DNA of 64,000 nucleotides, from positions 15,769-79,768 of the forward strand of contig DASXZK010000040.1 in assembly GCA_036501965.1 (NCBI GenBank), given 5' to 3'. Source of the DNA: Solirubrobacteraceae bacterium. GTDB taxonomy: Bacteria; Actinomycetota; Thermoleophilia; Solirubrobacterales; Solirubrobacteraceae. Each line of letters starts with the position of its first letter. Positions within the stretch are counted from its first letter, which is position 1. A program made the position numbers and the translations under genes. Positions 45,689-56,773 of this stretch are shown here, piece by piece. Under the pieces are notes generated by a model. That model was given only the letters and a program-made list of their open reading frames with translations. It was not told the DNA's origin and made no database searches.

Positions 45689-46936
45689 ATGCTCACCCCA
45701 CGGATCAGCGGAACCGGGGGTCGGCTGTTCGCCGACCCGGTGCCCAGCCCCGACGAGACGACCTTCCAGGTCGACAACACCAGCGACGAGTATTACTCCT
45801 CGCCCTACTACGAGAAGCACCAGAACGACCTGCAGCCGTTCCCCGCGCCGCGGGTCTCGCCGCCGCGGGTGGATCTCACCGACGTGCTCGGGTCCGACAT
45901 CCTGGATCCGATCACGTCGGGAAGCCGGATCACATTCCACGCGGTCGGAGACACCGGCGCCGCTCGCCACACCGACCCGGTGAGCCTGGCGCTCACCGAC
46001 GAGGCAGGGGTCGCCGATGCGATGACCGCGGATGTGAGCCAGACCCCGGCGACCGCCGATACGCCCGCGTTCTTCTTCCACCTCGGCGACGTCGTCTACG
46101 AGTTCGGCCAGGACCAGTACTACTACGACCAGTTCTACGAGCCGTTCCGGCTGTATGACCGGCCGATCTTCGCGATCCCGGGCAACCACGACGGGGTCGT
46201 CTACGGCGAGAGCGCGACCACCCCGGCGGTGCCGACGCTCACCGCCTTCCTGCGCAACTTCTGCGCGACGGCGCCCGGCAGCGCCGCGGACGCGGGCGCC
46301 GTCGTGCGCTCCACGATGGACCAGCCCGGCGTCTACTTCACGCTCGACGCGCCGCACGTGTCGATCATCGGGCTCTACTCCAACGTGCTCGAGGGACCGG
46401 GAGTGATCTCGACCCAGGGCGGCAAGTACCCGACGATCAACGACGACCAGCTCACGTTCCTCACCGAGGAGCTCACCCGCCTGAAGCCGGAGTCCGAGGC
46501 CGGAACCCGGGCGGTGGTGGTCGCGGTCCATCACCCGCCGGCCTCCGCCGACGCCGCCCACGGGGGCACGACGGGCCTGGCCGACGACATCGACACCTGC
46601 GCCCAGAACGCCGGGATGTGGCCGGACGCCGTGCTTTCCGGCCACGCCCACCTCTACCAGCGCTTCACCCGGGTGACGCCCGACAAGACGCGGCAGATCC
46701 CGTACATCGTCGCCGGCGCCGGCGGCTACAACGCGACCAAGCCCCAGGGCGAGGTGGCGGTCGGCACCACGCTGGGTGACTTCACGCTCGCGGCCGGGCC
46801 GATCGTCCACTTCGGCTACCTGACCATCACCGTCGACGTCTCCGCCCATACGCTCACCGCCGCGTACCACCTGAGCGGCGGGACCGACATCGGGGACACG
46901 GTGACCGTCGACCTGACGGCCCACACCGTGTCCTGA
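45689..46936 (+). CDS. Calcineurin-like metallophosphoesterase (purple acid phosphatase-like)
   Basis: GDTG, HLGDVVY, PGNHD, VHHP, SGHAHLYQR. Confidence 0.9.
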   Translation: MLTPRISGTGGRLFADPVPSPDETTFQVDNTSDEYYSSPYYEKHQNDLQPFPAPRVSPPRVDLTDVLGSDILDPITSGSRITFHAVGDTGAARHTDPVSLALTDEAGVADAMTADVSQTPATADTPAFFFHLGDVVYEFGQDQYYYDQFYEPFRLYDRPIFAIPGNHDGVVYGESATTPAVPTLTAFLRNFCATAPGSAADAGAVVRSTMDQPGVYFTLDAPHVSIIGLYSNVLEGPGVISTQGGKYPTINDDQLTFLTEELTRLKPESEAGTRAVVVAVHHPPASADAAHGGTTGLADDIDTCAQNAGMWPDAVLSGHAHLYQRFTRVTPDKTRQIPYIVAGAGGYNATKPQGEVAVGTTLGDFTLAAGPIVHFGYLTITVDVSAHTLTAAYHLSGGTDIGDTVTVDLTAHTVS

Positions 46937-46945
46937 CCGGGACGC

Positions 46946-48400
46946 TCAGGCCGAGTCGCCCGCGTCGATCACCCGCGCCCGGCAGGCGATCTGCAGCGCC
47001 AGCCGCTGCTCGGGATCCTCCAGGTCGACGTCAAGCTGCTCCCGGATCCGCCGCATGCGGTAGCCGACCGCATTGGGGTGCAGGTGCAATCTCCGGCCCG
47101 CCGCGACCAGCGAGCCGCGCTCGTCGAGGTACACCTGGAGCGTGTCGACGGCGGTGCGGGCGCGGCGCACGCCGAGCCGGTCCAGCGGCGCGAGCAGCGC
47201 CTCGACGGAGTGACGCGCCGCGGTCGAGGAGGAGACGAGCTCGACCAGCAGCCGCCGCACCGGCGTGGCCTCGAAGCTGAGCGGCTCGTTGATGCGCGAC
47301 TCGGCGCGGGCGGCGGCGAGCGCGGCCCGCCCCTCGTGAGTTGCGGTGCGCAGCCCGAGGATCCCCTCGTGCTCGCCGCTCACTCCGCAGACGACAGCGG
47401 GCGCCCGCGGGCGCCCGGCGAGCTGCGCCACGATCGCCGCCGCGACCGTGACCGCGTCCTGTGCGACCGTCACCCGCGCGCCGGACCGCTGCATCCGGAC
47501 CACGAGCACGGTGTGGTCGAGCGCGAGCACGGTCCACTCCGATCCGTGGGTCTCGGCCAGAGTGCGCGCGCGCCCGAGCAGCGACGCCTCGTCGCCCCCA
47601 CCGGCGTACGGCTCGATCGCGATCACCGTGTGCGAGCCGTCGAGCGCGAGATCGAGCAGCCGGGCGCGCTCGGCGGCGGTCGCGACATCGCCGTCGGCGG
47701 CGGCGATCACATCGGCGAGTGCCGCCGCGCGCGCCTGGAGCGCGGCCTGGCGTGAGGAGCGCAGCGAGAGCCGGACCCGGGCGATCGCGTCGGCGACCAG
47801 CTGACAGCCGACCTCGGTCGCGGGGTCGCCGAACTCGGCGCAGACGTGACCCTCGGCGTGGGTCCCGAGCATCACCGGGACGGCGATCGAGCCCTCAGGC
47901 GCCTCGGTGTAACGGACCGGGGTCTCCAGCGCCTCCGAGGCGGAGACGAGGATCGAGCCGAGCGTCATCTCCTCGGCGTCGCGGACGGCCGCCAGCGTCG
48001 CCTCGATCCGCCGCAGCATCGCGTCAGAGCCGCTGCGCAGCGTCTGCTCCAGCGCGAAGGCCATCTCCGAGAGGTCGAGATTCTGGGCGACGGCCAGCAG
48101 CGCGACGCGACTGCGGTCGGCGAGACGGATCGCGGTCAGCGACGTCGTCGGCGGACCGTAGAGGGCAACCGCGGCGAGCTCCCGGTCGCCCGCGTGGCGC
48201 AGCACGAAGTCGAGCTCGTAGCCGGCCGCATGGCTGGAGGCAGAGCGAGTGAGGATGGCGAGCGCGCCGGAGCCCGTGCGGGCGAGGTCGTCGAGGTCGT
48301 CGATGATCGCGATCCGCTGCACTGCCCGCGCGTCCCACGGGCCCGCGACGAGGGTGATCCCCGAGGCGGCCCGACCACGCAGGAGCTCATCGACACGCAC
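46946..48400 (-). CDS. PucR/CdaR-family transcriptional regulator
   Basis: TLQVYLD..GS..AAGRRLHLHPNAVGYRMRRI HTH; CATAAT -10 box before the GTG. Confidence 0.9.
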   Translation of the reverse strand: MRVDELLRGRAASGITLVAGPWDARAVQRIAIIDDLDDLARTGSGALAILTRSASSHAAGYELDFVLRHAGDRELAAVALYGPPTTSLTAIRLADRSRVALLAVAQNLDLSEMAFALEQTLRSGSDAMLRRIEATLAAVRDAEEMTLGSILVSASEALETPVRYTEAPEGSIAVPVMLGTHAEGHVCAEFGDPATEVGCQLVADAIARVRLSLRSSRQAALQARAAALADVIAAADGDVATAAERARLLDLALDGSHTVIAIEPYAGGGDEASLLGRARTLAETHGSEWTVLALDHTVLVVRMQRSGARVTVAQDAVTVAAAIVAQLAGRPRAPAVVCGVSGEHEGILGLRTATHEGRAALAAARAESRINEPLSFEATPVRRLLVELVSSSTAARHSVEALLAPLDRLGVRRARTAVDTLQVYLDERGSLVAAGRRLHLHPNAVGYRMRRIREQLDVDLEDPEQRLALQIACRARVIDAGDSA

Positions 48401-48493
48401 CGCCAGGATTATGCCGCTGGCACAAAGCCAGGACGTCATTTGTCGTCGCAGCACATTGAGTGCGTGCGGATCGCCACTCACACTCCCCGCCCT

Positions 48494-50566
48494 ATGGCAC
48501 GCTCAATTGCGGTCGACGTGGGCGGCACGTTCACCGACCTGATCTACCGAGACGACGCGTCGGGCGAGGTGATCGTCGGCAAGGTCCCGACGATCCCCAC
48601 GGCGCCCGACGAGGGAGTGCTCGCGGTGCTCGATGCGGCGCTCAGCGCCGAGCAGCTGAGCGGCGCGGACTCCTTCCGCCACGGCACGACCGTCGGCCTC
48701 AACGCGCTGCTGGAGGGGCGCGGCGCGGTCGTCGGGCTGCTCGCCACCCGTGGCTTCCGCGACGTGCTGGAGTTGCGCCGCGGCGATCGCGACGACCCGT
48801 ACGACCTGTTCTGGGCGCCGCCGCCCCCGATGGTCGCGCGGGAGCTGCGCTGCCCGGTGACCGAGCGGGTTCTGGCCGACGGCGAGATCGACACCGTTCT
48901 GGACGAATCCGACGTGCTGTCGGCGGCGAGGACGTTCGCCGAAGCGGGCGTGACCGCGGTCGCGATCGCGTTCATGAACGCCTACGTGAACTCGGCACAC
49001 GAACGCCGCGCCGCGGAGTGCCTGCGTGCGGCCGGGTTCGACGGCCACCTGTCGCTCTCACACCGCGTCTCGGGCGAGTACCGCGAGTACGAGCGCACGA
49101 CGACGACCGTGATCGATGCCTTCGTACGCGGCCGGATGAACTCCTACCTCCGCCGCCTGGAGGCCGGGCTGCGCGACCGCAGCTTCCGCGGCCAGTGCCT
49201 GATCATGCGCTCGGGCGGCGGGGCGATGACGTTCGAGGAGGCGGCCGAGCGCTCGGTGGAGACGATCCTGTCCGGGCCGGTCGCCGGCGCCCGTGCGGTC
49301 GCCGAGCTCGCCGGGGACCTCGTGCTCGATCATGCGGTCGCGGCCGACGTCGGCGGCACCAGCTTCGACACCTGCCTGATCGACCACGGCCGCCCGCCGG
49401 TGCTCTACGAGGGCAGCGTGCGCGGACTGCCGATCCAGACGCCCTGGATCGACGTGCGCTCGATCGGAGCCGGTGGAGGGTCGATCGCCCACGTCGACGC
49501 CGGCGGCCTGCTGCGCGTCGGCCCGCACAGCGCGGGCGCCGATCCCGGACCGGCCGCGTACGGGCGCGGCGGTGGGGCACCGACCGTCACCGACGCCGCC
49601 GTCGTGCTCGGCATGCTCCCCGCCGAGGAGATCTCGGGCGGCGTGACCCTCGACCGCGACCTGGCGGAAGGCGCGTTCGCCGAGCTCACCGAGCGGCTCG
49701 GCTTCTCCTCGGCGGCGGAGGTCGCCCGCGGCGTCGTGCAGATCGTCGTCGCGCAGATGGGGGACGCGATCCGCGGCGTCACCGTGGACCGTGGCCAGGA
49801 TCCGCGCGAGGCCTCACTCGTCGCCTTCGGCGGCGCCGGCCCACTGTTCGGCGGGCTGCTCGCCGCCGAGCTCGGCGCCGAGGCCGTCATCGTGCCCTCC
49901 TACGCTGGCAACTTCTCGGCGTGGGGACTGCTGCGCGCCGAGATCGCGCGGACGGCGTCACGCACCTACATGAGCGAGATCTCCGCCGCCGGCCTGGACG
50001 GGGTCGGCAAGCTCGCTGAGACGCTGTTCGCGCAGCTCGAGGCCGGGGAGACCAACGGTGGCCTGCGTCGCTCGGTCCAGCTCGACATCCGCTTCGTCGG
50101 CCAGGAGCACACGCTGACCGTGGCCGGTCCGATGCGGGGCGGCACGATCGCCGCCGAGCCCGAGCTGCTCACCGAGACGTTCCTGCGTGAGTACGACCGC
50201 ACGTTCGGCTCGACGATCGACGAGCAGGTCGAGATCGTCTGCGTGCGCGCGATCGTCGACAGGGCCTCCGACGACGACGCCGAGCCGGCCGCCGCGGTGA
50301 ACGGCCACGCGCGGGCGACGACGACCGAGGCCGGCCCGGCGGCGGCGAGAACCCGTCCCGCCTGGTCGTTCACGGCGGAACAGGAGCTCCCGTTCGCGAT
50401 CGTCGAGCGCGACAGCCTCACGCCGGGCAGCCGGCTGGAAGGCCCCGCGATCGTGCTCGAGCCGACCGCCACGGCGTACGTCGACGATGGCTACGCGCTC
50501 GAGGTGCACCCGCAGGGCGCACTCGTGATCAGCCACACGCAGACCGAGGAGGGGACCCGGACATGA
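48494..50566 (+). CDS. Hydantoinase/oxoprolinase subunit A
   Basis: DVGGTFTD, HGTTVGLN, REYERTTT, DVGGTSFD, GAGGGS, SAGADPGP. Confidence 0.95.
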   Translation: MARSIAVDVGGTFTDLIYRDDASGEVIVGKVPTIPTAPDEGVLAVLDAALSAEQLSGADSFRHGTTVGLNALLEGRGAVVGLLATRGFRDVLELRRGDRDDPYDLFWAPPPPMVARELRCPVTERVLADGEIDTVLDESDVLSAARTFAEAGVTAVAIAFMNAYVNSAHERRAAECLRAAGFDGHLSLSHRVSGEYREYERTTTTVIDAFVRGRMNSYLRRLEAGLRDRSFRGQCLIMRSGGGAMTFEEAAERSVETILSGPVAGARAVAELAGDLVLDHAVAADVGGTSFDTCLIDHGRPPVLYEGSVRGLPIQTPWIDVRSIGAGGGSIAHVDAGGLLRVGPHSAGADPGPAAYGRGGGAPTVTDAAVVLGMLPAEEISGGVTLDRDLAEGAFAELTERLGFSSAAEVARGVVQIVVAQMGDAIRGVTVDRGQDPREASLVAFGGAGPLFGGLLAAELGAEAVIVPSYAGNFSAWGLLRAEIARTASRTYMSEISAAGLDGVGKLAETLFAQLEAGETNGGLRRSVQLDIRFVGQEHTLTVAGPMRGGTIAAEPELLTETFLREYDRTFGSTIDEQVEIVCVRAIVDRASDDDAEPAAAVNGHARATTTEAGPAAARTRPAWSFTAEQELPFAIVERDSLTPGSRLEGPAIVLEPTATAYVDDGYALEVHPQGALVISHTQTEEGTRT

Positions 50567-52305
50567 CAAAGGCTGCCATCGAGGTCTCGCGCGGAGGTGC
50601 CGGTCGCCCGAGCGGGACCGTCGACGCCGACCCGATCACCACGGAGATCATTCGCCACGGCTGCAACGCGGCCGCGGATCAGATGAAGCGCGCGCTGGTG
50701 CGCACGTCGTTCTCCCCGGTGATCTACGAGGTGCTCGACTTCGCCGCGGCGCTCTACGACCGCGACGTCTGCCTGCTCGCACAGGCCCCGAGCCTGCCGG
50801 TGTTCATGGGCACGATGAGCTTCTGCGTCCGCGCGGCGGTCGACGCGGTCGGCGGCGAGGCCGCGCTCGAGCCTGGGGACATCATCCTCTACAACGACCC
50901 CTACGGGACCGGCTCTCATCCGCAGGACGCGGCGATGGTGATGCCGATCTACCTCGACGAGCGCGAGCTCGTCGGCTACGCGGCGATCAAGGCCCACTGG
51001 CTCGACATCGGCGGTAAGGACCCGTACTCGACCGATACCGTCGACGTCTTCCAGGAGGGAACGATCTTCCCCGGCGTGAAGATCGTCTCCCGCGGGCGGG
51101 TGATGAGCGACATCTTCCGGCTGGCGATCGCCAACTCGCGCGTCCCGAAGATGGTGGCGGGCGACATCAATGCCACGATCGTCGGCGTGCGGACGGGCGC
51201 GGCCGGACTGATCCGCGTCGTCGAGCGCTACGGGCTGGAGCGGTTTCGCACGGCGGTCGCGCACATGTACGACCATGGCGAGGCGATCGTCCGTGACTGG
51301 TTCGCCGAGCTGCCGCAGGGCCACTACGTCGGGCGCGGGGAGATGGACTCCAACGGCATCACCGACTGCCGGGTCCCGTTCGAGATCGGCGTCGAGATCC
51401 GGCAGGACGGGGTGACGCTCGACTTCACCGGCGCGCCCGAGCAGCAGGAGGGACCGATCAACTGCCCGCTGCCGTCGACCGTGTCCGCGAGCCGGATCGC
51501 GATCTCGATGCTCGCCGGCGGCACGATCGCGCCATGCGAGGGACACTTTCGCCCGATCGAGGTACGGACGCGGCCGGGGAGCCTGTTTCATCCGATCCAC
51601 CCGGCGCCGTGCTTCCTGTACGGCTGGGCCGGTGACCAGGCGATTGAGGTGATCTACCGGGCGATCGCCGATGCGTGTCCCGAGGCGGTGCCGGCGGCGA
51701 GCGGCGGTGACATCTGCGCGCTCGTGTGGTGGGGCGCTCGGGCCGGCACGGGCGAGCCGTGGACCGATGGCGCACCGCATCCGATCGGCCAGGGCGCGTC
51801 CGACCGCGGCGATGGAGCGAGCAGCCTGATGCACGTCTCGGAGGCGGCCACGCGACTCACCTCGACCGAGGTGTGGGAGGCGAAGAACCCCTGGATCGTG
51901 CGTCGCGCGGAGCTCGCCGCCGACTCCTGTGGCCCCGGGCGCCACCGCGGCGGGCTGGGCATCGATATCTCGTTCGAGATGCGTGAGGACTCCTGGCTGA
52001 CCTCGACGATCGAGCGGACCAAGAACGCCCCGTGGGGGCTCGCCGGCGGTGGGTCGGCGCGGTCCAACTCGCTGGAGCTCGAGCTCCCCGACGGCACGCG
52101 CACCAGCCATGCCAAGGCGACCCGCGTCAAGATCCCCGAGGGCGCGCGCGTCGACCTGCACACCGGCGGCGGCGGTGGGTTCGGCGACGCCGCGCAGCGC
52201 GATCCAGAGGCGGTGCGGCGCGACCTGCGGGCGGGTTACATCACGCCCGAGCATGCCCGGACCCACTATCCACACGTCGACCTGGGTGGCCACGATGCAG
52301 ATTGA
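50563..52305 (+). CDS. Hydantoinase/oxoprolinase subunit B
   Basis: RTSFSPVIYE..DF, NDPY.TGSH..D, HWLDIGG, GPGRHRGG, GGGGFG. Confidence 0.95.
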   Translation: MTKAAIEVSRGGAGRPSGTVDADPITTEIIRHGCNAAADQMKRALVRTSFSPVIYEVLDFAAALYDRDVCLLAQAPSLPVFMGTMSFCVRAAVDAVGGEAALEPGDIILYNDPYGTGSHPQDAAMVMPIYLDERELVGYAAIKAHWLDIGGKDPYSTDTVDVFQEGTIFPGVKIVSRGRVMSDIFRLAIANSRVPKMVAGDINATIVGVRTGAAGLIRVVERYGLERFRTAVAHMYDHGEAIVRDWFAELPQGHYVGRGEMDSNGITDCRVPFEIGVEIRQDGVTLDFTGAPEQQEGPINCPLPSTVSASRIAISMLAGGTIAPCEGHFRPIEVRTRPGSLFHPIHPAPCFLYGWAGDQAIEVIYRAIADACPEAVPAASGGDICALVWWGARAGTGEPWTDGAPHPIGQGASDRGDGASSLMHVSEAATRLTSTEVWEAKNPWIVRRAELAADSCGPGRHRGGLGIDISFEMREDSWLTSTIERTKNAPWGLAGGGSARSNSLELELPDGTRTSHAKATRVKIPEGARVDLHTGGGGGFGDAAQRDPEAVRRDLRAGYITPEHARTHYPHVDLGGHDAD

Positions 52306-53359
52306 CGAAGAGGTGCTCCCCGCGCTCGCCCTCGGCTGCTCGGTGCTCGGCGCCGGCGGTGGAGGGGACGTCCATACCGGCTTGCTCGCCTGCCGCCAGG
52401 CGGTTCAGACCTACGGGCCGGTGCCGGTGGTCGACCTCGACGCGCTGGACGACGACGACATCATCGCCCCGTGCGGCTATATCGGGGCGCCGACGGTGTC
52501 GATCGAAAAGCTCGGCAGCTCGCACGAGGGGGCCTGGCTGTGCGAAGGGCTCGAGCAGCTCACGGGCCTGTCGGTCGCGGCGCTGATGGCGGCTGAGATC
52601 GGCGGCTCCAACGGCCTGCAGCCGATCGGGTGGGCGGCCTCGATCGGCCTGCCGATCGCCGACGCCGACGGGATGGGCCGCGCGTTTCCCGAGGTGCCGC
52701 AGGTGACGATGGAGATCGCCGGGATCGACCCCTCCCCAAGCGTGCTCACCGACGAGCGCGGCAACCGGCTGACGATCAGCGCCGCCGACGGCAAGTGGCT
52801 GGAGCGGATCGCGCGCACGCTGTCGATCGAGTTCGGAGGACGCGCCGCCTCGACCGAGTACACGATGACGGTTGCCCAGGCGCGATCGGCGACCGCGCGC
52901 GGAACGGTGACGCTGGCGGCCGAGATCGGCCGCGCGATGCTGGAGGCCGACGACGCGATCGCGGCGCTCGTCGAGGCGATCTCCGCGCGGCCCCTGATCG
53001 AGGGCAAGGTGGTCGACGTCGAGCGGCGGGTCACCGGCGGGTTCGTCCGCGGCGCGGCGGTCATCGAGGGTCTGCGCGAGGACGCGGGGCGGATGCTGCG
53101 CCTCGAGATCCAGAACGAGAACCTGGTTGCGATCGAGGACGGCGTGGTCAGGGCGATGGTGCCGGACATCATCACCGTCCTGGACACCCACACTGGGGCT
53201 CCGATCCACACCGAGCGGTTGCGCTACGGCCAGCGGGTGACGGCGGTCGCTTTCCCCTGCCATGAGATCTGGCGCACCGAGCGGGGACTCGCGCTCGCCG
53301 GACCGCGGGCGTTCGGCTACGAGTTCGACTACACCCCGATTGAGGAGCTCATGCCATGA
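52295..53359 (+). CDS. DUF917 family protein
   Basis: LGAGGGG, IGAPTVSIEK, EIGGSN, DADGMGRAFPE, QNENL, PDII, LRYG. Confidence 0.92.
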   Translation: MQIDEEVLPALALGCSVLGAGGGGDVHTGLLACRQAVQTYGPVPVVDLDALDDDDIIAPCGYIGAPTVSIEKLGSSHEGAWLCEGLEQLTGLSVAALMAAEIGGSNGLQPIGWAASIGLPIADADGMGRAFPEVPQVTMEIAGIDPSPSVLTDERGNRLTISAADGKWLERIARTLSIEFGGRAASTEYTMTVAQARSATARGTVTLAAEIGRAMLEADDAIAALVEAISARPLIEGKVVDVERRVTGGFVRGAAVIEGLREDAGRMLRLEIQNENLVAIEDGVVRAMVPDIITVLDTHTGAPIHTERLRYGQRVTAVAFPCHEIWRTERGLALAGPRAFGYEFDYTPIEELMP

Positions 53360-54921
53360 GCGCGCGCCAGGACCTTCGCATCGGGATCGACGTCGGTGGT
53401 ACGAACACCGATGCCGTGATCCTCGACCGGGACGATCAGCTGCTTGCCAAGACCAAGCAATTGACGACGGCCGACGTCACCGGCGGGATCACCAAGGCCC
53501 TGGAGACGGTGCTCGAGACGCCCGGGATCGATCGAGCGCGCATCACCCACGTGATGCTCGGCACGACCCACGCGACGAACGCGGTCATCGAGCGCAAGCG
53601 ACTGCGGCGAGTGGCGACGGTCCGGATCGGCGCGCCATCGACGAACGCGATCCGCCCGCTGTTCACCTGGCCGGCGGATCTGCGTGAGACCGTGTCGGCA
53701 GGTGAGATCGTGATCGCCGGTGGCATCGAGTTCGACGGCCGTGAGATCGTCCCGCTCGACGAGGAGGCGCTCGCTCGCTTCCTCGAGCCGCTTGCCGGAC
53801 GGATCGACGGCGTCGCGATCACGAGTGTGTTCGCGTCGGTGTCCGAGCGCCACGAGCTTGCGGCCGAGCGGGTGGCCAGGCGGGTGCTCGGCGACGACGT
53901 CCACATCTCGCTCAGCCATGAGATCGGATCCCTCGGCCTGCTCGAGCGTGAGAACGCGACCGTCCTCAATTCTGCCCTCGTGGGGGTGGCGGCGGACGTC
54001 GCCGGGACGCTCGACGGCGCACTGGAGTCGCTGGGCCTGCGCGCGGCGACGTTCTTCGCCCAGAACGACGGCACGCTGATGGCGCTCGACTACGCGCTGC
54101 GCTACCCCGTGCTGACGATCGGCTCAGGCCCGGCGAACTCGATCCGCGGTGCCGCGTTTCTCAGCGGCGCGGTCGACGCGCTCGTCGCCGACGTCGGCGG
54201 CACCTCGACCGACGTCGGCGTGCTCGTCAACGGCTTCCCCCGCGAGTCGAGTACCGCTGCGGAGATCGGCGGGATCCGGACGAACTTCCGGATGCCCGAC
54301 CTGGTCGCGATCGCGATCGGCGGCGGAAGCGTGATCGCCTCGAGTCCCGACGGCGTGAGCGTCGGCCCGGGCAGCGTCGGCCACCACCTGCCGGAACGGG
54401 CACTCGTGTTCGGGGGCGACACGCCGACGCTCACCGACGCCGCCGTGTTCGCCGGCCGGGCGCAGATCGGCGGCGCAGCGCCCGAGGAACGGTTCGCCGA
54501 GCTGCTGCGCGCCGGGCTGGCGATCGCCGACGGGCGATTGGCGGAGGCGGTCGACATGGTCAAGACGGTCCGCGGCGACCGTCCGCTGATCGTCGTCGGC
54601 GGGGGCGGCCCGCTCGTGCCGGAGGATCTGCCCGGAGTAAGCGAGCTGATCCGCCCGCCCCACCACGACGTGGCCAACGCCGTCGGCGCGGCGATCGCCT
54701 CGGTGTCGGCGCACGTCGACCGCGTCTTCCACTTCGGTCCCGGCGGTCGCGAGGCGGTGCTCGAGGAGGCGACGCGCCAGGCGCACGAGCAGACCGTCCG
54801 TGCCGGTGCGAACGCCGACGAGGTCGAGATCGTGGAGATCGAAGAGCTGCCGCTCGCCTACCTCAACGTCCCAGCCGTGCGAGTGCGGGTCAAGGCCGCC
54901 GGCCCGCTGAGCTCGGTCTAA
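53356..54921 (+). CDS. Short hydantoinase A-like protein (typical DUF917 partner)
   Basis: IGIDVGGTNTDA, GTTHATNA, LLERENAT, QNDGT, SGPANSIRGA, DVGGTSTD. Confidence 0.92.
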   Translation: MSARQDLRIGIDVGGTNTDAVILDRDDQLLAKTKQLTTADVTGGITKALETVLETPGIDRARITHVMLGTTHATNAVIERKRLRRVATVRIGAPSTNAIRPLFTWPADLRETVSAGEIVIAGGIEFDGREIVPLDEEALARFLEPLAGRIDGVAITSVFASVSERHELAAERVARRVLGDDVHISLSHEIGSLGLLERENATVLNSALVGVAADVAGTLDGALESLGLRAATFFAQNDGTLMALDYALRYPVLTIGSGPANSIRGAAFLSGAVDALVADVGGTSTDVGVLVNGFPRESSTAAEIGGIRTNFRMPDLVAIAIGGGSVIASSPDGVSVGPGSVGHHLPERALVFGGDTPTLTDAAVFAGRAQIGGAAPEERFAELLRAGLAIADGRLAEAVDMVKTVRGDRPLIVVGGGGPLVPEDLPGVSELIRPPHHDVANAVGAAIASVSAHVDRVFHFGPGGREAVLEEATRQAHEQTVRAGANADEVEIVEIEELPLAYLNVPAVRVRVKAAGPLSSV

Positions 54922-55117
54922 TGGTCGCTCCCGCGAATACGCACGCATTCGAGGCGCGTCTGGCGACGCCGGTCGGCGTCCTCGGACGCTCGATGTGCCA
55001 GAGGCACACCTTCGGTCCTGCGTCCTTGACCGACACCACCAGCCACACCTCTCGGTGCGCACGTACCCACGAGAGCAACCATTAGCAATGTTCAGAGCCC
55101 GTCAGGAAGGAACGAAG

Positions 55118-56755
55118 ATGCGTCATCTGTCTCGTATGTCGGTGGCTGTGGCCGCATTGGTCGCCGCAGTCGCCCTCGCCGCCTGCGGCTCGGTGTCAAA
55201 GCCGCCGGGTGCGACCTCGACCGGTGGGACCGGGACGGGCGGGGGAGGGACCGCCAGCGCCCAGAACAGCACGTTCACCTATGACACGTACACGCAGGTG
55301 ATGATCGGCTGGGATCCCTCGACCGCGTACTCCAACGAGATCATCGCGATGCACGACATGTACGAGACGCTCACCATGTACGACTCGACAACCCAGACGG
55401 TGAAGCCGCTGCTGGCGACGAGCTGGTCGCACAACTCCGGCGGGACCGAGTGGACCTTCCACCTGCGCCACGGGGTGCACTTCCACACCGGCCGACTGAT
55501 GACCTCCGCGTCGGTGAAGGCGTCGATCATGCGCACGATCCATCTCAACGGGGGTGCCGCCTACATCTGGGGCTCGGTGAAGTCGATCGCGACCCCGAGC
55601 CCGTACACCGCCGTGTTCCACCTCAAGTACCCGGCACCGCTGGACCTGATCAGCTCGGCGGGCTATGCCGCCTACATCTTCGACACGAAGGCGGCCGGCT
55701 CGCCGTCGAAGCTCACCTCCTGGTTCAACGCCGGCCACGACGCCGGCACGGGGCCCTACACCGTCGCGCAGTACACGAAGGGGGCCGAGACCGAGCTGCG
55801 GCTGAAGTCTTTCCCCAAGTACTGGGGGGGTTGGAGCGGCCACCACTACACCCGGGTGGCCTTCCGCGTCGTTCCGACCGCCTCGACCGCGGCCCAGTTG
55901 CTGCAGTCCGGACAGGTCAGCTATGTCGAGCAGATGACTCCGCAGCTGTGGAAGTCGCTGAAGGGCCAGTCGAACATCACCACGACGAGCGCCCCCTCCT
56001 ACCAGAACCTGTTCGCGATGCTGAACACCGCGTCGGGGCCGCTGAAGAACGTCGATGTCCGACGCGCGCTCGAGGACGCGACCGACTACTCAGGCGCGAT
56101 CTCCGCGCTCCAGGGGTCGTTCGTGGCCTCCCACGGGATCATCCCGAAGGGGCTGTGGGGATATGACCCGAGCTTGAACAGCTCGACGACGAACGTCGCG
56201 GCCGCCAAGAAGCTCCTCGCGCAGGCGGGCTACGGGCCGGGCAAGCGCAAGCTCACGCTGACCCTCACCTACACCCAGGGTGACAACGACGAGCAGACGA
56301 TCGCAACGCTGATGAAGTCGGAGTACGCGCCGCTGAACATCGACCTCAACATCCAGCCGCTGCAGTGGGCCACGCAGTGGGCCAAGGCGAAGTCGAGCAA
56401 CACCTCGAGCCGCCAGGACATCCTGATGTTCTACTGGTGGCCGGACTACGCCGATCCGTACTCCTGGTTCATCAACCTGTTCCGGTCGGCCAACCCGGTG
56501 AGCTACAACCTCGCCTACCTCAACGACCCGTCGGTCAACTCCGAGATCGACCGGGTGGAGTCGATGTCGGCGACCAACCGGCCCGGCGCGATCGACCTGT
56601 ACCACAAGATCGAGGGACAGCTGATCTCCTCGGGTGCCGCGCTGTTCCTCGGCACCCAGGTCTACCAGCGGGCGTACCTGAACTCGGTCGGCGGATATGT
56701 CGACAACCCCGCCTACCCCAACGTCGTGTTCGCCTACAACCTCACGCCGCAGTAG
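55118..56755 (+). CDS. Dpp/Opp ABC transporter substrate-binding lipoprotein
   Basis: LAAC lipobox; PLLATSW, WTFHLR.GV.FH, GTGPY, WWPDYADP. Confidence 0.92.
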   Translation: MRHLSRMSVAVAALVAAVALAACGSVSKPPGATSTGGTGTGGGGTASAQNSTFTYDTYTQVMIGWDPSTAYSNEIIAMHDMYETLTMYDSTTQTVKPLLATSWSHNSGGTEWTFHLRHGVHFHTGRLMTSASVKASIMRTIHLNGGAAYIWGSVKSIATPSPYTAVFHLKYPAPLDLISSAGYAAYIFDTKAAGSPSKLTSWFNAGHDAGTGPYTVAQYTKGAETELRLKSFPKYWGGWSGHHYTRVAFRVVPTASTAAQLLQSGQVSYVEQMTPQLWKSLKGQSNITTTSAPSYQNLFAMLNTASGPLKNVDVRRALEDATDYSGAISALQGSFVASHGIIPKGLWGYDPSLNSSTTNVAAAKKLLAQAGYGPGKRKLTLTLTYTQGDNDEQTIATLMKSEYAPLNIDLNIQPLQWATQWAKAKSSNTSSRQDILMFYWWPDYADPYSWFINLFRSANPVSYNLAYLNDPSVNSEIDRVESMSATNRPGAIDLYHKIEGQLISSGAALFLGTQVYQRAYLNSVGGYVDNPAYPNVVFAYNLTPQ

Positions 56756-56773
56756 GACCCGGCCGGCGACGAC

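Noticed and set aside
54922..55117. Riboswitch upstream of the Dpp substrate-binding protein
   Set aside because: GC hairpins are present but no recognisable riboswitch consensus
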